DNA from: the human T2T-CHM13v2.0 reference genome, Homo sapiens
Strand: one strand, 5' to 3'
Length of the DNA stretch: 64,000 nt
Assembly (NCBI RefSeq): GCF_009914755.1
Contig: NC_060930.1
The number at the start of each line of letters is the position of its first letter. The stretch's first letter is position 1. Below, piece after piece: positions 25,812-37,740 of this stretch. A program made the position numbers and the translations under genes. Below the pieces are notes generated by a model, which saw nothing but the letters and a program-made list of their open reading frames with translations, searched no databases and was not told the DNA's origin.

Positions 25812-26120
25812 GCAACATGAATGAAACTGGAGACCATTATCTTAAGTGAAACAACTCAGGAACAGAAAGTCAAATACTGCATGTTCTCATTTATAAGTGG
25901 GAGCTAAATAATATAGACATAGACAGTGAAATAATCAACATAGAAAGTGGAATAATAGACATTGGAGACTCGGAAAGGTGGGAGGATAGGAGGGAGAGAA
26001 GCATGAGAAATTACTTAATGTGTACAAAGTACATTATTCAGGTGATGGATACACTAAAAGCCCAGACTTCACTTACACAGTATATCCATGTAAAAAAACT
26101 GCTCTTGTGCCCCTTAAAAT
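25812..26120 (+). mobile_element. L1PB-like 3' end (same subfamily, opposite strand)
   Basis: gcaacatgaatgaaactggagaccattatc...gggagctaaataat...gagaaattacttaatg...gatggatacactaaaagcccagacttcac. Confidence 0.88.
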
Positions 26121-27865
26121 AACTGCCCAAAGCAATTTATAGATTCAATGCTATTCCCATTAAACTACCATTGACATTCTTCACCGAACTAGAAAAAAAT
26201 ATTTTAAAGTCCATATGGAACCAAAAAAGAGCACAAGTAGCCAAGGCAATTATAAGCAAAAAGAACAAAGCTGGAGGTGTCACACTATCTAACTTCAAAC
26301 AATACTACAGGGCTACAGTAACAAAAACAGCATGGTACGGGTACGAAACAGATACACAGAACAATGGAACAGGAAAAGAACCCAGGAATAAGGCTGCACA
26401 TCTACAACTATCTAGTACTTGACAAACCTGACAATAACAAGCAATGGGGAAAAGATTTCCTATTCACCAAATGGTGCTGGGAAAACTGTCTAGCCATGTG
26501 AAGAAGATTGAATTGATTATACCATATAAAAAATTAACTCAAGATGGATTAAAGACAAATTTAAAACCCAAAACTACAAAAATGATAGAAGACAACCTAG
26601 GCAATACCATTTAGGACATAGGAAAGGGCAAAGATATCATGACAAAGACACCAAAAGCAATTGCAACAAAAGCAAAAATTGAAAAATTAAAGAGCTTCTG
26701 CATAGCAAAGGAAACTGTCAAAAGAGTGAACAGACAACCGACAGAATGGGAGAAAATTTTTGCAAACTATGCATGCAAAAAAGGTCTAATATCCAGTATC
26801 TAACCATCATTCACAGCAAACTAACACAAGAACAGAAAACCAAACACCACATGTTCTCACTCATAAGTGGGAGTTGAACAATGAGAACACATGGACACAG
26901 GGAGGGGGACATCACACACTGCAGCTTGTTGAGGGGTGGGAAGATAGGGGAGGGATAGCATTAGGAGAAATACCTAATGTAGATAATGGGTTGATGAGTG
27001 CAGCAAACCACTAAGGGACATGTGTACCTATGTAACAAACCTGCACATTCTGCACATGTACCACAGAACTTAAAGTATAATAAAAAAAAATTTTAAAGAA
27101 AGAAAATTCAAATCAAAACGACAATGAGATACATCTTACACCAGTCGGAATGGCTATCACTAAAAAGTCAAAAAATAACAGATGCCACAGAGGTTGTAGA
27201 GATAAAGGAGTGATTACTCACTGTTGGTAGGAGTGTAAATTAGGTCAACCATTGTGGAAGACAGTGTGGGAATATCTCAAAGACCTAAAAACAGAAATAC
27301 CATTAAATCTAGCAATCCGGTTACTGGATATATACCCAAAGGAATATAAATTGTTCTATTATCAAGACACATGCACGCGTATGTTGACTATAGCACCATT
27401 CACAATAGCAAAGACATGGAATCAATCTAGATGTCCATCAATTATAGACTGGATAAAGAAAATGTGGTACATGTACACCATGGAATACTATGCAGCCATA
27501 AAAAAGAATGAGATCATGTCCTTTGCAGGAAGATGAATGGAGCTAGAGGCGATTATTCTTAGCAAACTGACACAGGAACAGAAAACCAAACACCACATAT
27601 TCTCACTTATGAGTATGAGCTAAATGATCAGAACACATGGACACATAGAGGGGAACAACACACACTGGAGCCTATCTGAGAGTGGAAGGTGGGAGGAGGG
27701 AGAGGATTAGGAAAAAATAACTAATGAGTACTAGGCTTAATACATAGGTGATAAAATAATCTGTACAACAAACTCCCAAGACACACGTTTACCTGTATAA
27801 CAAACCTGCACGAGCAAACCCTGAACTTAAAATAAAAGTTAAATTTTTAAAAATTAAGTAAAATA
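26121..27865 (+). mobile_element. L1PA (about L1PA13-15) 5'-truncated; ORF2 C-terminal remnant and 3' UTR
   Basis: ORFs 26171-26422 ([34 protein letters not shown]) and 27252-27536 (TCTRMLTIAPFTIAKTWNQ...WIKKMWYMYTMEYYAAIKKNE) are L1 ORF2p segments; ends tgaacttaaaataaaagttaaa. Confidence 0.93.
26803..27102 (+). mobile_element. Younger L1PA (about L1PA7-8) 3' end nested in the older L1PA
   Basis: cagcaaactaacacaagaacagaaaaccaaacacc...ggatagcattaggagaaatacctaatg...agaacttaaagtataataaaaaaaaa. Confidence 0.88.
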
Positions 27866-27929
27866 AAATTTTTTAAATGAAAAGATATGCTTTTATTTTG
27901 TGTAACAGTAATATTTATTCTATTTATTC

Positions 27930-28533
27930 TAGGTGTAGTTTAACCCTACTACTAAGGCATGACCATTCTGAGTTTGTCCATGATTTCTCAGTGATCAAAA
28001 GGACTCTCCATTCTGGCTAAGCATAGCTCAAACATCTCCATGCTATCTTCAGCTTATAGCTCCCTCATGTTTTTTTTTTTCCTGACCTTGTGAAGTATAT
28101 GTGAACTTAGGATGCAGCAAAGGCTCAAGTGAACTCCTATGCAGATTTCCAAAGCTTTTTTTTTTTTCCTTAGCTCTCTTCTGTTCAGAACTCTGCTTTG
28201 CAACAGCCAACTAATGTAGCCTCCTTGAATTCTGATATCTGTCTCCTCAACTCAGTTAAGACCAACCTGCCTTGCTTGGGAACCCCTTCCTAAACCTCAT
28301 TCCAGAATGTACTTCCAGGCAGAAATCCTAAACCTCATTCCAGGAATGTGCTTCCAGGTTATTGTTGGGTAGCATTTATTCCATCTGTTTCCTTCTCAGG
28401 AATTGCAGTCTTACACTGCCTGTGGTCCAACACTTAACAACAGTCATTTCAAGCACATTACCTAGTTTCCAGTTGTTTATGGAAGGAAGGTAAGTCTGTT
28501 TTCCTAAGTGCATAATGGCCAGAAACAAAAGTC
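27930..28533 (-). mobile_element. Old L1M 5'-end region (L1ME/L1M4-type), with a 38-bp-period duplication at 28288-28358
   Basis: Ends ...cagttgtttatggaaggaaggtaagtc...atggccagaaacaaaagtc, resembling the antisense 5' terminus of old L1M; tcctaaacctcattccag repeated at 28288 and 28326. Confidence 0.5.
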
Positions 28534-28699
28534 TAACAATCTATTTTGACTGATTTTTTTTCACTGACTGGCATAATAGAATAAGAACAGGTAACAACAA
28601 TAATATATTTAGAATGTGTCAAGTACTATGATAAGTGCCTTTTAAAAATATGTCATTTGGTCATGACAGAAACACTACAAAGCACATCTTTGGAGGGCC

Positions 28700-29505
28700 A
28701 AATTCCATTAAACTGGCAATACCAGATGTGGAGCAATAGGAACTCTGTTTATTTCTGGTAGGAATGCAAAATGGTACGGGCACTTTGGAAGGCAGTTTGG
28801 CATCTTGTTACAAAACAAACTCTTATCATATTATCCAGCAATCATGCTCCTTGGTATTTACTCAAATGAAATTCAAACAGCTTTATTAATAATTGCCAAA
28901 ACTTGGAGGCAACCAAGATTTTCTTCAGAAACAGAATGGATAAATAAGCTGTGGCACATCCAGACAATGGACTTCAACACCAAAAAAAAAAAAAAAAAGA
29001 GTTATCAAGCCATGAAACGCCATGAAAGAAACTTGAATGCATATTACTAAATGAAATAAGCAAATCTGAAAAGGCTACATACTGCATAATTCCATGTACA
29101 TGACTTTCTGGAAGAGGAAAAACTACACAGATAGTAAAAAGATCAGTGATTGCCAGGAGTTGAAGTGAGGGAGGCATGAACAGGCAGAACAGAGAGGATT
29201 TTTAGGGTAGTGAAAATATTCTGTATGATACTGTAATGATGTATGTATGTGATTATATATTTGTCCAAAGCCATAGAATGTACAATATCAAGAGCGAACT
29301 CTAACATAAAGTATAGACTTTGAGTAATGATGTATCAATGAAGGTTCATCAGTTATAACAAACATACCACTGAGGTGGGGGATGTTGATAGTAGAGGAGG
29401 CTGTGCATGTGTGGAGGCTGGGTGTATACGGGAAATCTCTGTATCTTCCTTTCAATTTTGCTGTGAACCTAAAATTTCTCTAAAAAACTTAAGTCTTTAT
29501 AAACA
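28700..29505 (+). mobile_element. L1MC1-like 3' end inserted into a MIR
   Basis: aattgccaaaacttggaggcaacc...aatctgaaaaggctacatactg...gggaaatctctgtatcttcc...gctgtgaacctaaa; MIR-like halves at ~28590-28685 and ~29510-29640. Confidence 0.85.
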
Positions 29506-32500
29506 CAAATTCTACTGATGAGGTATTATTATCAACACTATTTTAAAGGTGTGGTAAATGGACTTGAAGGAATGAAATACCTTAATCAAGATCACACAAC
29601 TAAAAAGTGACCAATTTGCAACTCAGTCCAACGCACATTTGTCTTACTCTCCAGCTTCACCTCTTACACACTTTATTACCCTGTCCCTTGATTGACTTAA
29701 TACTGTGTTCGATAGGCTTTTTATACTCCTTCATATCAGCATGGAGATCACATGGCTTGATTCAATTCATGATTAATACATTTCACGATTAACTCTCTGA
29801 AATAAAAACTATTTTGAGGTGGCAGAGAAGTGGGCTGGAGACAGAAACAAGAAGAATCAATAATTCTTCAATAAAAGTCCTTATATTTGGTCTTAAATTT
29901 GGGCTGGGAGAATTTACATTCTCAATCATAAGCAGCCTAAATGGCACTTATAAAAGTAACAATAAATGTCTATGAAAAACCCTATGAAGGCCTAAAAAGA
30001 CTGTTTAAACATCTGGAATAAAGATCCATTTCTCTATCTCAATACAACATTTCAGTCAAAAATTTAAGGGGACTTTGGGCATTGAAAGAGAAAGGCATAT
30101 CAGCAATTCTAGGTCCAATTTTTTGAATGAACTGTCTGCTATGTGAAGACGTTTAGTCACAGGAGGCCAGCTGATGCTGAGGCAATCAATGCAATTGTCA
30201 TTATCAATGGGTGACTGGAGTCTGACGACAGTAACATAACAGTCTAGGAGCATAAAAATCCATTCACTACAGAAGTTAGAATCTATGCATATACACAAAA
30301 TGTGCTGTTTTTTAGATTATTACACTAATCTCCCAACTCTATAAACATAATCACCTGCAATTGCAGACTCTAAACCTGTTTTTTTGATAATAATGTTTGA
30401 AGCAGAAATGACACAAGCAGATTTTCAGGAGATGCTTACCAGGGAGATGTAAAGCCAAGGACAGCATAAGGGAAGGCTCGAAATCTCCAAATAACAAGGA
30501 GTGATACATACTTCTAAAACTGATCTGAGTTTTAGAATATTATTTTCATTTTGGACTGGATATTCCTCAAGACATTTTTTAAACCTCCATATTAATACCT
30601 GATAAGCTTAAAACTATACAACATCCTTAATTAAAGTTGGAAAGTAAAGAATTTTTTGCAGTAAATTCTATTATGAACTTACATAACTTATTCTTCTTCT
30701 ATCCAATATTTCAGTTTCATCTGAGGGAGGAGATGTGGTTATATAAATAAGGAAAAATCAGAGACAAAATTAAAATAGTAGGAGAGTAAATTCCCTCTTT
30801 TAGTTATCTTCACAACTTTTGAAACACTAATATATTCCTGGTAAAATACTCCTGAAATTAACTCTGTAGAATAATTAGAATAGTACTTCTAAATGCAAAC
30901 TTAATGCCTTTCTTCTAATTGTCATAATAGAAAAACCAGTTATTTAATTCCTGCAGTATCTCAGACATGTAACCAGAGGCACAAAATTATCAATCTTTTA
31001 TAGCTATATAAGTTACAAAACCATGTAACTTTTCCTTATGACTACTCTTAAGAGTTCATATTACTTCACGCTTACATTTTTGTGAATTTTTGAATTGGAG
31101 CCTGTAGTTCTCAGATTTAAATGTTTGTTATGTTTCTCTCTCACATCCTTAGATATCTCCATTTGAAAAGTAGCATGTTATAGGTATGGAACAATAAGCA
31201 AAATCTCTCATCATTAAAGTGACCCATGTACTAAGAAAGATGGATTAAAAAAAAGTTCACTGTTTCATGACATACAAAGAAAGAAGTGCATTTGATGTTT
31301 CTGTAGAATAAATGAAAACTTTTTCTTAAGAGAGAGTGACATCTTCATGACCTAACACTGACATCCGGGAGCCTCTTCTATCTGAGCCACTGACTCACTA
31401 TGTCCCTTCAGGAAGTCATCATGGCTCTTCACATCTTAGAGTTAAATGAAAGCACAGTTAATAGTGGCCTATTCTATGTGTGGTACTATGAACTGTTCTC
31501 TGTTAAATGGAAAATGGATGGCCTAGACAACATGATTGAAAACTGCCTATAGAACTGTCTACCCACCTTATTTTGAAGCTTGAAATAAGAAGACATGGCA
31601 GGGAAAACAAACTATATTAAACTAAAGTGATGAGACAGTAAAATTCCATTTCAGTCAGCATCGTGTCATTGCGTATAGATGCTAAATGCAACTTCCTTTG
31701 GGGTGCAATTAAATTGCTATTGCTAAACATTCATAAAGGCTATTCCTTTCCAGTGTTGAAGATTGGAATGTCTATCATAAACTCCTGCAAGCTGGCTTAC
31801 AATCTAATAGCTGTCCCTGGAACTTTTTGATTGGTTCCTTCAAAGAAGAGGATGCTCAGAATAGGGAGAATTTCAAAATTTGGTTCTCTGGAGTGGCAGA
31901 TACTCTAACCCTCCTAATTTCCAGGAAGCTTCTCTAATAGACTTTATTGACCACAAAGTCAGTGAAAAAAACATATAAATGAATAACCGTACATAAAGGT
32001 AGAGAAAAGAAGGTCATTTCCCACCCCACTAAAAACTTCAGAATTCATTCATCCTGCCTCATACTCTACAGACAAAGAACTTGAGCTCAGGGATTAGGTG
32101 GTGTGACCCTCTTAACTAATTAGTGGCAGAGCTGACCCATACCAATATTCTGACTCCTACTTAAGCATGCCCCACCCCACTAAAAAAAACACTGTCTCCT
32201 CTTTTGGAAACAAAAAGAAATTCCTCAACAACAACTAAAATAAGGTGTTGTTTGAGAAAAAGCTATACCTATTTTTAGCTTATTGTTCCATGATACCTGT
32301 AACGTGCTACTTTTCAAATGGAGATATCTAAGGATGTGAGAGAGAAACATGACAAACATTTAAATCTGAGAAATACAGGCTCACCTTCAAAAATTTATAA
32401 AAATGTAAGCATGAAGTAATATAAACTCACATGACCCCAAAAATCCATGTGAGCATCACAACCTTTCATTTCATCCTGCATGTCAGTTTGAGCTAGTCTG

Positions 32501-35474
32501 TCAAATGCATAATAGGGAAATAATTTTCCTGAGATGAAGCAAAGATAAAGACTTGCTGCTATAATGAATTACCAGTGAGTATTTTCTGGACACAAAAACA
32601 TTTTGAATCAAGGAATCTCACTTGCAATCTAAGACAGGTATCAAATTAAATGGCTTCATTTTAATAATATTAGTCAAGAGTTTTCATTTGTCTTACTCAT
32701 CTACTTAAGGCCATATAACAAAAAAGGTAATTATACTTACAAAAAGGTAGTTAATATGAGAAAAAAAAACATAACCTAATGTTTCCCTGACCCTGAAGTG
32801 TCAATGTAAATAACTGAAGAGAATTTTTAAAAATTCTAAGTTATACATGAAAAAAATGATACCACTAGAGTAGCTGAAATCAGCTTTGACTGCTAGGACT
32901 TGGTATTCAACAGTTTTTCATAAGAAAAGTGGTATCTTAACTGGTAATTTCCAATTGCAAATAAAATACTACAGCTGGAAAAATATACATATTGGAATTC
33001 ATAAAATTCCCATGAAAACAAGAGAGGAAGTCTTCTCCTTGCTTGAAGTCAATGTGGAAAAGACATTAGGAACTTTCATAATCTAAACTGAAGCCTGATA
33101 TCTTTACCCTATTATTAATGTGGAAATAGTGACTTAACAGGTAAAAACAATTGCATAAGAGCCGTCTTCAGCTTATAAAATACTAAAGGCTAAGCATTCA
33201 AAAGAAGCACTAAAATATAATATTAGCACTACTAAACAGATGACATTTAGATAATCATTCTTTACAAATGTGAAGGAGGAAGTCATCTTTAAAACAATTA
33301 TCACGAGGAAGTAAATGTCTATTTGAATAAGAAAAACTTGTCAATACTTAAGATATAGTGATCAGGACTATGATCGTCTAACCATAAAATACGTGAAATA
33401 TATTCTTGGGTAATATAGGATGGAACCTTTGGTGAAAAAGTAATTAATTATTTTACTAATAACCCCTATTTTTTGACAATATTTCTTTCAGGAGTCTAGG
33501 AAAAAAATGGTGTTTTAAACTTTATAAAAATATCATGAATCCTCTGAAGGAAGAGGATACCACAAAGGAAAGATTAGTAGGTTATGAATAAGTGAATATT
33601 GCCCAATAAACCTAGTTGTGAACATCCCCAAATGAGGGAAGAAATAAGAAAAGAAAACCATATGTCTTGGATGACCTTTTTAGCAAACCTCAGGGAGACA
33701 ATGAAAGGAAAAAACTGATTGAGAGGGGAAATAAAAACCTACAAAAATTGAGTCATGGATCTGACTTTCAACGGTAAGAATTTTTTTCCCCTCTCTGATA
33801 AGAACAATTTATTTCTATTTTACACAAATGTTCTATAAATAAGTCTACTTAATTCAACTTTTGCATACTCTTTCCATGTTCCTTACTCTACTGTTATCCT
33901 CTCAGTTACCAAATTTATGGATTAACTATAACTTTCAATTTCATGTTTAGTTTTACTGAACTCTTTCAAGCTGATTTCCATTTTGGTAAAAGAAACTGTA
34001 AATATGATTTTATTTTGCCTTTCCTTCTTCAAAGCATATCTCATGTTGGTAATGACACTATTAAACAGGAGCATCTTGGACTTTAGGAGTGAGATTGGTG
34101 GAGATAATCACTTTGTAAGATCGCATGGGAGGAATTATGACTTTTATGTTATCACCCAGTTTATCTCCTCCACTAGGCTGGGAATTCTATGAGGAAACTC
34201 ATCTAACTTATTATTTGGTTGGTGTATACTCAAGAAATATTTGTTGATCATATTTTTAGTTGAGTGTTTCTTTATTTTCCAAAGACAACATGTCTAAATG
34301 GCTCTGATTATTTGACTATGAAGAACCACGTGTGTTCCAGAGCATTTATCTTTTGTTAGCTCAGCTACCTAACTTTTCACAGCCTAACTTTTCACAGCCA
34401 TTTTTTCTTTTCCACACCATTTGTAAAGAACTGGTAGCTAACATATCTGTTTGATTGTTAAGATATACCTGTACTCCCCTAATCTATTCAATCAATTTTG
34501 GTTCAAGTCATTTTTATTTCAAGGAGAACCCTAAAAATCTTTCTTTATCCAGGAAGAAGTTGGTGGAAATACTGCTGGGAAAATTATTCCTCCTGAGAAA
34601 GCAGAATCAGCATTTCTCTAAGAAGCTTTGAGGTTCAAGGAACCAAATATGGCAGAGGAATTCACTTTTCTAACACTTTGCCATTTAGTATGAATAAACA
34701 AGATATACCAAATGGAAGGAGTCAAGAAACCCAAAGCTAAGCTAAGAGGAGATCTAAGCATTTACAAATATAAACACAGGTTATGTTTGTCCCAGGAGCC
34801 CTTTGTCAGCCGCAACCTGTTGCAGTTTCTGACCCATGTATATTAAAAATGTTTGTGCAGACTGAAGCTCTTCTGTTAACCTCATCTTAAGGGTAAAATT
34901 ACATGACTCCTTCTGGGTCTCAGAAAATGGCTTATTTCTATCTATTGATACATCCAGTAAATTTAACACAACTTTAGATAGCATTCTACATAAGATTATT
35001 TATTTTTTCTTGAATAATTATCATGGCCAATTTTATAGCAAAATACATTTCACTCTGAAGTTCTATATAAATATGAGAAATGGATGTTTACCATAAAGGG
35101 AACAAAGAGAACTTAATAATCACATATGATTGAAATGAGTTGCCAAATAGGTGATGAGATCTTCCAGGCAAATGAGAAAGGGCCTGAAGCCATGTTTCCA
35201 AGGCTCAGTCAAACTATGGGCTTATCAAGAATTTCCTATTTCAGATAAATCTGTAAAATTGGTATTTTGAGGTCTGCTAGATCTCAGTTTGAAGTGATTC
35301 AGTCTCTTATGAGCTCTGAGATCTTGAACAGACTATTTAATCTCTCTAATTTCAGTTTCCCCATCTGGAAAGAAGAAATAATACCCATTTCAAAGGACGG
35401 TTATAAACATTAAATGAGATTAAGGAAGGAAGTAGGTGAAAAAGAAATTTGCCAAAAATATATAGTTATTATTT

Positions 35475-35585
35475 CTCTTTCTTCTTCCTTCCTTCCTATC
35501 TTCTTTCTTTCCTATCTTCCTTCCTTCCTTACTTCCCTCCTTTGTTTTTTCCTTCTTTCCCTCCCTCCTTTCCTCCTTCCTTTCT
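35475..35585 (+). repeat. CT-rich (CCTT)n low-complexity tract
   Basis: ttccttccttcc-type repeats. Confidence 0.9.
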
Positions 35586-35789
35586 AACATGAAAAATGAA
35601 AGCAAAAAAAATCTTATCTGTGGCTAGATGCATTAAGAACCATGGGGCTTTGGGGAGCTGTCAGTAGTCTGGTTTGTCTAAAGTCTTGGGCCTTTGCTTC
35701 ATTGACTGGGGTATAGAAACTGAGATTGCAGAAGAGTATGAATGTTTGGGTGTGTGTTAGAGAAGTTCTCAAAAGTAAGATCCCCCTGC

Positions 35790-37045
35790 CTCCTGCAACA
35801 CACATTCATTTTCTCTCTCATTTCACCACTCTCATTCTCTCCTGAATCTACACTAATCCTGCTATTTATAGCACTAGTCCACTTAAATTGCTCTCATGGT
35901 TTTCACCAGTGATTGTCACTTTGCTAAATCCAGTGGTGAATAAAATACACATCTTGTTCTCAGTACCATTTGACACAGTTGATCACTCTCTTCTTGACAT
36001 AATGTCTTCCCTTGACCTGCAGGACACACACTGTTCTCGTTTTCCTCCAGCTCATTGGCTGCTCCTCTCAGTCTTCTGAGATGTTTTTTTTCTCATCTCC
36101 TTACCCTCTTATATATATGTTCCAAGTCCCAGAACTCTTTCCATGGTCCAGTCTCCTATACGTTCTATTGGTGATCCCATTTGGTCTTGGCATTAAATTT
36201 ATGTCTCTGGCTCAAATCCCTCCCCTGAATTTCAGACCTTCACATATACAACTGCCTGCTTCTCATTCTCAACATCTCCACATTGATGGCTAAGACGTCT
36301 GACTTAGGCCTAAAATCTAACTGCTACTTTACCCATAAAAACTTGCCTGTCTATACTTTATTCCATCTCAGAGGGATGGCAACTCCTAACTTTCAGTTGC
36401 TTAGATTGAGTTCTTCTTGGTTCTTATCTTTCTGTCAATCCCCAATTCCAATCTATCTAACAAGTTCTGTTGTCTCTACCCATAAAGTATATCCAGAATC
36501 TGATCACTCTTCATCTTCTCTACTGCTACTACCCTAGCCCAGGCTGTCATCAGCTCTCTCTTAGTTTATTATAATAGTCTCCTACCTGAAGAGGGACTTT
36601 GCCTCCCTGGAATTCATTGTCCAGAAGCCAGAGAGATTCTCTGAAAATATTATTAGTTCAAAATGTTTTATAAAATTCCTATATAACTTGAAGTCATAGT
36701 TAAAGTCTTTACCTGGGCCCTACATAATCCTGGCTTCATTTTGTCTGTCCTTCCCTCCAGCACACACACACAACCTATACTCCCATTCCTCCTGTCTGGC
36801 TTGTTTTTTTCATTATCATTACATAATTTACTTATGTATGTATTTACATACACACACACTCACTTGTTTTTCTCATCATCATTACATAACTTACTTATGT
36901 ATGTATTTACATACACACAAGAATAAAAACTCCATGAGGACAGGAGCGTTTCCCTCTCCTACTCTTGTACTCACTGATATATCCTTTGTGTTTAAAACAG
37001 TGCCTACCACAGAGTTAGTGCTCAATAAATAGTAAATGAATAAAT
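35790..37045 (+). mobile_element. L2a-like LINE 3' portion
   Basis: catttgacacagttgatcactc...tatatccagaatctgatcactc...agccagagagatt...; terminal cagtgcctaccacagagttagtgctcaataaatagtaaatgaataaa. Confidence 0.85.
36800..36919 (+). repeat. ~63-bp-period tandem duplication inside L2
   Basis: cttgtttt..cattacataa(t/c)ttacttatgtatgtatttacatacacaca at 36800 and 36863. Confidence 0.9.
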
Positions 37046-37544
37046 TTGATGTTATGAGAACTACACATATTTGCCTTTCTGATGGCCCTGTTCATGCAAA
37101 GCAATAACATCGTCTTTATCAGCACATCCAAAATGAAAATTTTAGAAAATGAAAATAATATTATTGACCAGTTAAACCGCATCATGTCTTAGTTCCTACA
37201 AAAACATTTTTTATCAAGGCAAATGAGCCAAGTCCCTTATTCCCATAAGGGGAGTAAGCGGGAAGGCAAAACAAAAACTTGGAGCATGTATGTGAACAGA
37301 ATTGATTGTTCTGTTGCCTAGGATCTATTTAGGTCCTCTCTCTACATAGGATCAATCTAGCCCATCTCTCTAACCTAGACTGCCTCAGCCCTTTCCCAAC
37401 CTGTCAGAGTTTCCTTTCCTTTATCTTATTTTCCCTTGAAACTTCTCTATATCATTTATATGTATTATTTCCTCCAATTAGGAGGACCCAGAGCATCAGC
37501 GTTCACTAGGTAAAATGACAACAACAGTAGCAGGTACAGAAGTA

Positions 37545-37740
37545 GCTGATGCAAATCCAGCATTTCCGCCAAGCACCATGATAATTGTTTTGCACACATT
37601 TTGTCATTTAATGTTCACAATAGTACCCAGAAGGAGATACTATCATCACCTTGCTTTTACAGAAAAGTAAGCATGTTTAGACATGGTGAAATAACATGTC
37701 ATCTCAACACAGACAATGGCAAAGTTGAATTATAAATCCT
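37545..37740 (-). mobile_element. MIR SINE
   Basis: gccaagcaccatg...tcatttaatgttcacaatag...ttttacagaaaagtaagc...gaaataacatgtc. Confidence 0.65.

Noticed and set aside
26171-27536. ORFs with recognisable protein similarity
   Set aside because: Broken L1 ORF2p remnants with stops, frameshifts and a nested insertion; non-functional
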